Below are positions 20,709-27,617 of a stretch of DNA of 64,000 bases, in pieces. Made by a program: the position numbers and the translations under genes. A model generated the notes under the pieces. It saw nothing but the letters and a program-made list of their open reading frames with translations, searched no databases and had not been told where the DNA came from. The stretch lies in the NCBI GenBank assembly GCA_035485115.1, contig DATHOG010000219.1:5075-69074 (forward strand). The letters run 5' to 3'. The first letter of the stretch is position 1; each line of letters begins with the position of its first letter. The stretch comes from Candidatus Sulfotelmatobacter sp. (GTDB lineage: Bacteria > Verrucomicrobiota > Verrucomicrobiia > Limisphaerales > UBA11358).

Positions 20709-20954
20709 TTAACTTTTGATTCGTTCCACACTGACGAGATATTTTTCGTCTCCGATCTGGACCATGCGACGGCAGTTAGCTGCGCCCATTTTCTGGAGAT
20801 GCATTGCCAATGCGAAGGCGGCGATGTGGCCGGTTTTGAGTTCTTTGGCCAGCTCTTGCGTTTGAGCATCCAACTCGCCGCCACCAGCGCAGCCGTATTC
20901 GCATTCCACCTGGCCTTCGGGAAGCGGTTTGCCACATTTCCAGCAATTGCTCAT
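20709..20954 (-). CDS. Zinc-ribbon phage protein
   Basis: MSNCWKCGKPLPEGQVECEYGC. Confidence 0.5.
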   Translation of the reverse strand: MSNCWKCGKPLPEGQVECEYGCAGGGELDAQTQELAKELKTGHIAAFALAMHLQKMGAANCRRMVQIGDEKYLVSVERIKS

Positions 20955-21220
20955 AACAGCCTCCCTTCAAAACGACGGCGCAGAGAATCGATGATGTTGC
21001 GGTCCCCGCTATGGATGTCGGGCACGGTCTTGTCGTGCTCGTCTTCGATACGCTGCAAAAAAGTTTGTTCCTCCTCCTTCAACTCCATGATGAAAATGTC
21101 CTCATCACGAAGGATCGCCTTAACAAATTTCACCCGCGCGCGATCCTCATTGATCTGGCTGATGTGCCGGTTGCCGGCGCTGATGCCGGCTGCGATGCCT
21201 TTGGATTGGAAAGTTTTCAT
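20951..21220 (-). CDS. Hypothetical phage protein
   Basis: 89 aa; its ATG is embedded in the last unit of the intercistronic decamer element. Confidence 0.5.
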   Translation of the reverse strand: MKTFQSKGIAAGISAGNRHISQINEDRARVKFVKAILRDEDIFIMELKEEEQTFLQRIEDEHDKTVPDIHSGDRNIIDSLRRRFEGRLL

Positions 21221-21249
21221 CTGTGTTTATCTGTGTTCATCCGTGGTTA
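21217..21249 (-). repeat. Intercistronic decamer-triplet element, copy 1
   Basis: Read on the minus strand: TAACCACGGATGAACACAGATAAACACAGATGA, between the stop at 21247 and the start at 21220; near-identical to 40655-40690 on the plus strand. Confidence 0.8.
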
Positions 21250-21753
21250 AAGCATTCGGGACTTGAGCCATGCCTCGACACTGGCGGTGGTGAAGCTGCC
21301 CGTGTTGCCCCGGCCTTGCTTCGCTTCGTTGATGATCGAGAAACAACCGGTCGCGCTCAGCGCGCTCACATGCTGGCGGGTGCAATTCAAGCCGCTCGCC
21401 ACCTCCGTGCCCGCCAGAGCCTTTGGCTTGCCGGCCAGCTTGTACGGAAAGATCAAACGGAAAATCGGGTCCCAATTCTCACGATCCATCTGCCGCACAT
21501 AATTGGACTCGATCAAAAAGATGAGGCTGCGGATCAGCACCCGGTACTCCGGCCGTTCGCCGTCCGGATTGGTGGCGATGTTGAAGGCCACCACCAGGCG
21601 CAATTGGATCAGTTCCATGATGCGCTCGTTGCTCAAGCCGGATTCGCGCGAGGCCGCGTTCAGATCGCCCAGGGCAAGCTGCCGCGAACCGCGCATATCC
21701 CACGCGAGCTGAATCTCACGCGGCAACAGCGTCTTGATGGAAATAGTGGGCAT
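21247..21753 (-). CDS. Phage protein with C-terminal HTH-like segment
   Basis: 168 aa; LNCTRQHVSALSATGCF resembles an excisionase/MerR-type HTH. Confidence 0.5.
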   Translation of the reverse strand: MPTISIKTLLPREIQLAWDMRGSRQLALGDLNAASRESGLSNERIMELIQLRLVVAFNIATNPDGERPEYRVLIRSLIFLIESNYVRQMDRENWDPIFRLIFPYKLAGKPKALAGTEVASGLNCTRQHVSALSATGCFSIINEAKQGRGNTGSFTTASVEAWLKSRML

Positions 21754-21756
21754 AGG

Positions 21757-22026
21757 TCAGAGCGCGAGATAGACCAGGACAAAGCCGGTGAGGATGGCAC
21801 CCCCGCCCACGAGCGTGGCGATGATCAAACCATTGCGCCGGTCCGCATCCAGCTTGGCGATGCCGCTGGCGGTATCGTGAAACATCAGGTCGTCGTGTTC
21901 GTTGTTCATGGCTTGAGTTTGTTCGGTGAACGGATGGTTGATCGTCGGGAAATGGGGGCAGACTCCGGGAACGTGATTGGTTTGGCACCATCCGCAAAAA
22001 CCTCTGGCAAAGGAATGTGTTTTCAT
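21757..22026 (-). CDS. Small C-terminally membrane-anchored phage protein
   Basis: ATG at 22026 (MKTHSF); C-terminal TM LIIATLVGGGAILTGFVLVYLAL; Cys/His cluster CGWCQ..H..CPH. Confidence 0.45.
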   Translation of the reverse strand: MKTHSFARGFCGWCQTNHVPGVCPHFPTINHPFTEQTQAMNNEHDDLMFHDTASGIAKLDADRRNGLIIATLVGGGAILTGFVLVYLAL

Positions 22027-22046
22027 ATTTGGGTTAAGCGTCACGC

Positions 22047-22238
22047 TTACCAGCGGGGTTTCGAGTTCGGGTTGGCTTCGCGATTCAGCCGGCCAAATTT
22101 TTGGCGGATGAGTTCATGCAGCTCGGCCTTCTCGGCCACATCGAGCATTTCGTCCTCCTGAACATCATGCGTGAGCTGGTGCAGGGCCGTGGCCTTATCG
22201 GCGCGGCTGATGTCGAATTGGTAAACGTCCTTGGTCAT
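22047..22238 (-). CDS. Hypothetical small phage protein
   Basis: 63 aa, operon packing. Confidence 0.45.
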   Translation of the reverse strand: MTKDVYQFDISRADKATALHQLTHDVQEDEMLDVAEKAELHELIRQKFGRLNREANPNSKPRW

Positions 22239-22522
22239 CGGGAACCTCCCGCGTGGTTTGAAACGCCAGATTCAAGCATTGCCGGCGGAAGTTTGATGGG
22301 CGCAGTTTTTTCACGCTCGATCCGCCAGAGCTTTTCTAGTTCTGCCTTGAGAGCGCCGGCCGCATCACAGACGCAACCCGCTTTGCAGTTGGCATTGCCC
22401 AGGCCCGCGTCGGCATTGGTCTTCGCCCACTCCAAATAACCCTTCACATTGTCGAGTTGAAACTGCACGTTGCTGACGAAGTCCTCCAACGTGACTGGTT
22501 TTTGAATGTATTCCGTGCTCAT
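22235..22522 (-). CDS. Hypothetical phage protein
   Basis: 95 aa, ATGA coupling downstream. Confidence 0.5.
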   Translation of the reverse strand: MSTEYIQKPVTLEDFVSNVQFQLDNVKGYLEWAKTNADAGLGNANCKAGCVCDAAGALKAELEKLWRIEREKTAPIKLPPAMLESGVSNHAGGSR

Positions 22523-22527
22523 GATTT

Positions 22528-22752
22528 TTACTCCTTCGTTTTCTTCGTTACCTTGTTGTGAGAATTCCGGTCCCGTTCATGCCGTTCCCGGAACCGGTCG
22601 ATCTCGTTATCCGCAATCCCGAAAAAGTTTTTGCAGGCCACGGACAAGATCAGCACCGTCAGGGCGATCAGGATCGCCACCGTGGCGTAGAAGAGACCGC
22701 CATGCGGCGTGGCCGGCAGCGCGGGCAGATTGGCAGCGAGGAAGAATTTCAT
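22528..22752 (-). CDS. Small membrane phage protein
   Basis: TM GLFYATVAILIALTVLILSVA followed by a charged tail. Confidence 0.5.
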   Translation of the reverse strand: MKFFLAANLPALPATPHGGLFYATVAILIALTVLILSVACKNFFGIADNEIDRFRERHERDRNSHNKVTKKTKE

Positions 22753-22991
22753 GCGACCTCCTTTGGCGGAGCAATGGTGCGAAGATTATCCAGCCACCAA
22801 ATAATGACCGGGTATTCAGAGAGATCAGGCTGAACGGCAATTCCGCCCTCTTGACCCGCGAACTCAACCACGGTGCCGCGATAGGTTCGCAAATATCCGG
22901 AGCGGGTTTTAAGCGCATCCCATTCGACCCGCACCCCGATTTTAAGAAGCCGCCAATCTTTTATTTTTGCCGTATGGTGAAGAATGCTCAT
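22749..22991 (-). CDS. Hypothetical phage protein
   Basis: 80 aa, ATGA coupling on both sides. Confidence 0.5.
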   Translation of the reverse strand: MSILHHTAKIKDWRLLKIGVRVEWDALKTRSGYLRTYRGTVVEFAGQEGGIAVQPDLSEYPVIIWWLDNLRTIAPPKEVA

Positions 22992-23293
22992 TTTCCACCT
23001 CCTGTAATTTCTCCGCGTCTCTGCGTTTCGTTTTTAATGGTGACCGTCTGTAAAGACCCGGCGGGCGTCGTCGGCACAACAGGTGCCGCCGTTAAGCAGT
23101 GATATGAGGTCCGCCCGCCGGAAAATTGTTGATTGATCGCCGCGAGCCTGGCTTCCAAGGCCGGCAACGTGGCGGATTCCAGTTTGAATTCCTCAACTTC
23201 GAGACCGCCCCACGTGCGCTTGCGCTTGCCGCCGGGACCGCGCAGCGAATCGATCCGCCCGGAGAATTTTTCTTTGCCACGCGCAGCTTTCAT
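22988..23293 (-). CDS. Hypothetical basic phage protein
   Basis: Internal ATG (MKAARGKEKF) of ORF 22988..23461. The upstream part of that ORF is better explained by a different-frame micro-gene. Confidence 0.5.
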   Translation of the reverse strand: MKAARGKEKFSGRIDSLRGPGGKRKRTWGGLEVEEFKLESATLPALEARLAAINQQFSGGRTSYHCLTAAPVVPTTPAGSLQTVTIKNETQRRGEITGGGK

Positions 23294-23433
23294 TTCAAGC
23301 CCTCCGTAAGTGAATCCAATTGGCGCTCGCACAAATCCTCCAGCGCGTAGCCGCCGCACAATGCCGCCACCACGCCCACCAGGCACAGCAGCACAATCAC
23401 CGGCACAAAGATGAGGAAGTGGAGAAATTTCAT
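23290..23433 (-). CDS. 47-aa single-TM micro-protein (not in ORF track)
   Basis: Manual translation: MKFLHFLIFVPVIVLLCLVGVVAALCGGYALEDLCERQLDSLTEGLK; ATGA overlaps at both ends; high GC3. Confidence 0.45.
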   Translation of the reverse strand: MKFLHFLIFVPVIVLLCLVGVVAALCGGYALEDLCERQLDSLTEGLK

Positions 23434-23615
23434 GCGGCCTCCAATTCAATGGTGATGCCATGGCGCGCGAGTTTTTCCCGGATCGCGTTGCGGACGAATT
23501 TCGATTTATCCGAATCTTCGATGGCTATGCCCTGTTGTAACGGCACTTCAAACGTCTCCGGTATCCAGACCGTCAACATCGTGCTTTCGCTCTTTTTTAC
23601 CGTGCCTCGTTTCAT
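23430..23615 (-). CDS. Ribbon-helix-helix (CopG/Arc-like) regulator, first early gene (Ner/Cro analogue)
   Basis: MKRGTVKK..LTVWIPETFEVPL...KSKFVRNAIREKLARHGI; paralogous to the divergent gene at 23703. The ATG at 23615 leaves an 87-bp control region. Confidence 0.6.
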   Translation of the reverse strand: MKRGTVKKSESTMLTVWIPETFEVPLQQGIAIEDSDKSKFVRNAIREKLARHGITIELEAA

Positions 23616-23702
23616 ATGGACTGAATATAGACTGAGTCTAGACACCTTGGCAATAGTTTTTGTTTGTGCCGTTTTCATATTTGGGTGTATAGATTGGATG
23701 CG
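23616..23702. promoter_or_regulatory. Divergent control region (putative operators/promoters of the lysis-lysogeny switch)
   Basis: Between divergent RHH genes; overlapping palindromes TAGACTGAGTCTA (23628-23640) and GTCTAGAC (23636-23643); TATAGAYTG repeated at 23626 and 23688. Confidence 0.55.
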
Positions 23703-24047
23703 ATGCCGAACCAAAGAGCCGTCGGTCAAAAGCTACTCACCGTCCCTTGCGATGAAAAATTCATCGCGATGATCGATGATAATCTTGGGGTTTGTCGTTA
23801 TTCAAATCGTTCGCAGTTTGTACGGGATGCCATTAAGGAAAAATTGGAGGGCTATGGCATCACGGTTCCGGCGGAGTTGACCTTGTCGCCGGACCGGAAG
23901 GGCAAGGGTGGTCCCACCAAATATCCTGAACATCGGCCTTCATATTTTGTCATGAATGAAAAACCTAGTTCCGGTAAAACCGGGGCCACTGCGCAGAGTC
24001 TTCGCCGAAAGCAGAATGCGGCAAAGACTCATCATAGTAAGTCTTGA
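23703..24047 (+). CDS. Ribbon-helix-helix regulator, putative prophage repressor
   Basis: ATG at 23703 (MPNQRAVGQKLLTVPCDEKF..RSQFVRDAIKEKLEGYGITVP); divergent from the early operon; low-complexity C-terminal tail. Confidence 0.6.
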   Translation: MPNQRAVGQKLLTVPCDEKFIAMIDDNLGVCRYSNRSQFVRDAIKEKLEGYGITVPAELTLSPDRKGKGGPTKYPEHRPSYFVMNEKPSSGKTGATAQSLRRKQNAAKTHHSKS

Positions 24048-24234
24048 AATCGTATTTCTCCAAATCGGCCACGTCCTTTTTCATCCGCTGGATGAAATCT
24101 CGAAGTTCATTCCGGTCCATGCCCTCGATCAGTTCCCTCAATTCGTCATCCATAACATCAGTTGGTTGTGTCAGCGTCGCAGTTGGTTTGTACGCGGCCA
24201 TCATTACAGGCACCGTTGGACATCCGCTGTCCAT
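23965..24234 (-). CDS. Hypothetical acidic protein antisense between repressor and lipoprotein genes
   Basis: 89 aa, ATG start, helical acidic sequence; overlaps the repressor 3' end by 83 nt, so uncertain. Confidence 0.35.
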   Translation of the reverse strand: MDSGCPTVPVMMAAYKPTATLTQPTDVMDDELRELIEGMDRNELRDFIQRMKKDVADLEKYDFKTYYDESLPHSAFGEDSAQWPRFYRN

Positions 24235-24257
24235 GTGGACAATGTGAATAACTTTTT

Positions 24258-24794
24258 ATGAAGACCATCTTCGTCATTTGCGTGGCCGCGTTGCTGGCCG
24301 GCTGCTCGCAGAAACCTGATCCTCGCATGGCGGAGATCCAAACGCAGCTCGGGCTGCTGCAAGGCAGCATTGACGAAATGAAAACCCACCTGAACAGCCA
24401 GAGCAATTACATGAAGGGAATTTATGCCATCCAGACGAACATGTGCAATGTCATATCCAGCTATTCCAATCTCGATGCGGTTGGCCAATACGCCAGTGCT
24501 TTGGGCACCAACAATTTTAACGATTTACGGATGGATGTGGCAGAGGTTCGTTTGACGCTCCTCGAAAACCAGTTCTCCAACCTGTGTCTCACGATCAACG
24601 GCAAGGTTGCCGCTCATGCCATTCCCGTTTCATATTCCGGCCCGATGTCCGCTTACAGAAACGGAATCCCGGTTGATGTTTATCAACAGATCGTGGCCGA
24701 TGCCCAGCAAAGGCATCCCGGAGATTATCAGACCCAACAGTACGTCATCGAGGAACAGGTAACGTCTTATAAGTCTCTTCACAGTTTGCAATGA
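24258..24794 (+). CDS. Prophage lipoprotein
   Basis: MKTIFVICVAALLAGC lipobox; 178 aa; on the repressor-side transcript. Confidence 0.7.
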   Translation: MKTIFVICVAALLAGCSQKPDPRMAEIQTQLGLLQGSIDEMKTHLNSQSNYMKGIYAIQTNMCNVISSYSNLDAVGQYASALGTNNFNDLRMDVAEVRLTLLENQFSNLCLTINGKVAAHAIPVSYSGPMSAYRNGIPVDVYQQIVADAQQRHPGDYQTQQYVIEEQVTSYKSLHSLQ

Positions 24795-24880
24795 ACCCCG
24801 AAAAATTCACCTTCGTGGAATGGCTGCTCATCATCGAATGCATCTTCTTCATCGCCTGGGGCGGAATGCATCTGCATTGA
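24791..24880 (+). CDS. 29-aa hydrophobic micro-ORF (not in ORF track)
   Basis: ATGA overlap with the lipoprotein stop; MNPEKFTFVEWLLIIECIFFIAWGGMHLH; ends exactly where the palindrome array starts. Confidence 0.35.
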   Translation: MNPEKFTFVEWLLIIECIFFIAWGGMHLH

Positions 24881-25123
24881 GTGGCGAGCCGCCACGGGCA
24901 AAAGTCGGAGATTCCGACATTTCAAAAATCCGAAATTCGGAAATTTCAAATTGTGGGAAAACCACATTTTCAAAATACGGAAAATCCGAATTTTGAAATC
25001 CGCCATAATGGCGCTTTTGTTCCCACGCATGCGTGGGAAACTCAAAACGGCCAAATTGGCCGTTTTGAAATCGCCCGTGGCGGCTCGCCACATTTCAAAA
25101 ATATCTTGCCCGGCATCATGCCG
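24881..25123 (+). repeat. Array of ~10 different mini-palindromes separated by TTTCAAAA/TTTTGAAAT linkers
   Basis: Hairpins at 24881, 24904, 24929, 24953, 24978, 25001, 25021, 25048, 25077 and 25111 (stems 4-8 bp, loops 3-5 nt). The first (with 4 flanking nt, 24881-24899) and the ninth (25073-25091) are reverse complements. Confidence 0.9.
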
Positions 25124-25146
25124 CTGTGATTAAGTAGCGCGGCCAG

Positions 25147-25190
25147 CGGAGGTTGGTCCCGCCTGCGGGACCGAACCTCCGTTTTTGTTT
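25147..25190 (+). terminator. Rho-independent terminator of the repressor-side transcript
   Basis: CGGAGGTTGGTCCCG-CCTG-CGGGACCGAACCTCCG (about 15 bp stem, one bulge) followed by TTTTTGTTT. Confidence 0.8.
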
Positions 25191-25397
25191 CGGCACCTTC
25201 GCCGGGACAATTCTTTCCCTCCGCCATCCGTTAATTTCCCTAAAAGGTAGCCGCTCCGTTTTATTAATTCCGCACCCGTGTAGAGTGCGGGCGTATGAAG
25301 AACACCTAGGCGAAACCGAGCGGCGGCGGGTCCAACCTCCTTCCCGCCGTCGCTCTCCGCCTGGGCGTTCAAATCAACCAAACAAAATAATACGCCT

Positions 25398-26066
25398 ATG
25401 AAATTCAATAAATGGACTCTCGGCCTCGCCGCTGTCGCGGTGATGGCTTATACAACTGCCGCCAGGGCGCAAACCGGCATCGTAACCACGACCAACGCCA
25501 ACGGCGTTCCGGTCACGGTGACTTTGTCGCCGGCACAGATCGAAGCGGCTCTCGGTGTCCCCTCCGCAGCAACGGCATCGATGCCAGCCTTCAACACCAA
25601 CGGCCTCGACTTCACGAATGTGAATTACAAGGTCGGCACCGGCATGGAATATCTGCCGAGCGGCGGCGTATCGTCCTATATCGAGGGCGATGCGGATCTG
25701 TGGCACACGAAAATTGTGGATGTTGGCGTGGCGGGGAATGCCGCGCTGGCGAGTTCCAGTTCCGGCTTTCAGAGCGCGGCCATTGATCTGGAGCTGCTCA
25801 AAAACTTTTCCAACTTCCAGATCGCCGGGCAGGCCGGTGTGGGCGGCCGGTTTGAAGGCACCAGCGGGATCTACGGCGAGGAAAGCGCGGAGCTGAATTA
25901 CAACCTGGCCAAGGGCACCGGCTTTTCCTTCCTCGGCGCGCAAAGCTCCAGCGTGTTCACCTACGTTTTTGCCAAGGTCAGTTTGCAGGAAAGCGAAGGC
26001 ACCACCGCCGGCAAGAAAATCGAACTCGATAAATGTTTCTACGTCGGTGCCGGCCTCGCTTTCTAA
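25398..26066 (+). CDS. Prophage-encoded outer-membrane beta-barrel protein (moron)
   Basis: Signal peptide MKFNKWTLGLAAVAVMAYTTAARA; alternating strand pattern; C-terminal YVGAGLAF. Confidence 0.65.
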   Translation: MKFNKWTLGLAAVAVMAYTTAARAQTGIVTTTNANGVPVTVTLSPAQIEAALGVPSAATASMPAFNTNGLDFTNVNYKVGTGMEYLPSGGVSSYIEGDADLWHTKIVDVGVAGNAALASSSSGFQSAAIDLELLKNFSNFQIAGQAGVGGRFEGTSGIYGEESAELNYNLAKGTGFSFLGAQSSSVFTYVFAKVSLQESEGTTAGKKIELDKCFYVGAGLAF

Positions 26067-26187
26067 GCCGGCTGCCATTGAAGCAAATCTTTTATAAAAA
26101 AACGCGAGCAGATAGAACCCGGTTCCAAGTCATCCAAAGCCAGCGGCACAAAAAGCCTGGACGAAAAACTTGGGCTGAATTTTTGAA

Positions 26188-26691
26188 ATGAATCCCACCC
26201 GCGAACAGATCAATAACTTTCCCGAGTTGTTGCCCGGCGACATCCTGCTCTACGGAGGGAATGATCTGGTGAGCCGGTTGATCCAGTTCCGCACCTGGTC
26301 GGATGTTTCGCACATTGAAATTTACGTTGGAGGGGGTCGCTCGGTCGCCTCGCGCAACGGCATCGGCGTGAATGAATACCCGCTGCGGATCGCCGGGCTG
26401 CGCCGGGCGTATCGTCCGAAAACCGATTTCTGGCTGGATGCAAACTTCGATAAAGCCATGGCCTGGTTCCAGACCGTCAAAGGCACGCCGTATGGCTGGG
26501 CCGACCTCGCAAGATTCTACCTGATCGACATTCCGACCAGGGGTTTGATCTGTTCGGAGTTTGGCGATCTTTTTTTTCGCAATGGCGGCTTGCCGCTGTT
26601 CAATACGAATTACCCCGAAGGTGCCGTTTGTCCAGGTGATAACGAAAAAGTCTCGTCGCTGCTGCTGGCGCAGATCTGGAGTTGGAAATGA
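26188..26691 (+). CDS. Permuted papain-fold (YiiX/C92, NlpC/P60-like) peptidase, putative endolysin
   Basis: LLPGDILLYGG...SDVSHIEIYVG...GTPYGW...GLICSEF (His before Cys order); first gene of the late arm. Confidence 0.7.
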   Translation: MNPTREQINNFPELLPGDILLYGGNDLVSRLIQFRTWSDVSHIEIYVGGGRSVASRNGIGVNEYPLRIAGLRRAYRPKTDFWLDANFDKAMAWFQTVKGTPYGWADLARFYLIDIPTRGLICSEFGDLFFRNGGLPLFNTNYPEGAVCPGDNEKVSSLLLAQIWSWK

Positions 26692-26966
26692 AGCAACAAA
26701 TTTTACGTTACTGGCTGGCGATGAATGCGAGCGCGTTTGATGCGGCAGTGCATTCCTCGGTCGCATTCTTCGGCGTGGCCGGCGCGCACGCGGCGTTTGA
26801 TGCCGTCCCGGCGCTCAACCTTCAACAGTTCGCCGCCGTGTTCCTCATCACGTTCGGCCGCGCCATCCTCAATTACCTGGATGCAAATCCCCTGGAGAAA
26901 CTTTTCCCGGCGGACGGGCACCCGGACGCGCTCGACAAGATCAACGCCGAACTCGCCGCAAAATAA
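26688..26966 (+). CDS. Small membrane protein, possible holin
   Basis: ATGA overlap with the endolysin stop; two hydrophobic segments. Confidence 0.45.
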   Translation: MKQQILRYWLAMNASAFDAAVHSSVAFFGVAGAHAAFDAVPALNLQQFAAVFLITFGRAILNYLDANPLEKLFPADGHPDALDKINAELAAK

Positions 26967-26968
26967 TT

Positions 26969-27361
26969 ATGACGACCTTTGATGAATGGATGTTGGGCTT
27001 GGGGATCACCGGCACATTTTGCACGGTCGGTGCCATGATCATCGCCGTCATTGCGCTCAACAAAAAGACGTTGACCCAAATCTCGCCGCAGCCGCTCACG
27101 GTCCGATTGATCGAGGAGATGCACGATCAGTTCGCCAACAAAAAGGCATTCGATGACCTGGTCAAACACAACACCGAACGGCATGGCCAGATTTTCGCGG
27201 AGATTCGCCGCGTGGAAAAGGAACGGCGCGAAGACGTGGATGCCCGCTTCCTCCAGCTTGGAGAATCACGGAACGACACCATGGAGAAGCTGAACCAGCA
27301 GTTCCTTTACATCCGCGAAAACCTCGCGGCCATCAACCGCGAGATGCAAATCCGCAAATAG
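26969..27361 (+). CDS. N-terminal TM plus coiled-coil protein (DUF2730-like / spanin-like)
   Basis: TM LGLGITGTFCTVGAMIIAVIAL followed by a charged coiled coil; position before terminase as in Mu-like phages. Confidence 0.5.
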   Translation: MTTFDEWMLGLGITGTFCTVGAMIIAVIALNKKTLTQISPQPLTVRLIEEMHDQFANKKAFDDLVKHNTERHGQIFAEIRRVEKERREDVDARFLQLGESRNDTMEKLNQQFLYIRENLAAINREMQIRK

Positions 27362-27368
27362 GAATGAT

Positions 27369-27617
27369 ATGACTGCCCGCGAATTTCAGATTGCCAAAAA
27401 AATTCTCGACCGCCTGCACGCGCTGGATGGCGGGCAGGAGCATCATCTTGCCGTCCACGCGGCCATCGGCGGCTTGAATTTTTGTTCCGGCCAGGACTTT
27501 GACGAGGTGCTCACGGAACTCGATCGCCGCCGCTGGATCGTCGGCGTGAAATCCGAAAGCAAGGGTCTGCTCATCAGCATCAGCGACCTCGGCGAGTCCG
27601 CACGGAGGAAACTGTGA
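27369..27617 (+). CDS. Hypothetical phage protein
   Basis: 82 aa, operon packing. Confidence 0.45.
   Translation: MTAREFQIAKKILDRLHALDGGQEHHLAVHAAIGGLNFCSGQDFDEVLTELDRRRWIVGVKSESKGLLISISDLGESARRKL

Noticed and set aside
24881-25091. Retron msr/msd-like ncRNA (19-nt inverted repeats at the two ends resemble a1/a2)
   Set aside because: No reverse transcriptase gene lies anywhere in the window. The interior is a periodic series of mini-hairpins rather than one long msd stem.
24849-25129. ORFs of 82 aa (plus strand, 24881..25129) and 80 aa (minus strand, 24849..25091) with similar FQ/FE-rich peptides
   Set aside because: They are mirror translations of the palindrome array. Both strands give similar peptides only because the DNA is self-complementary. 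There is no RBS or coding bias.
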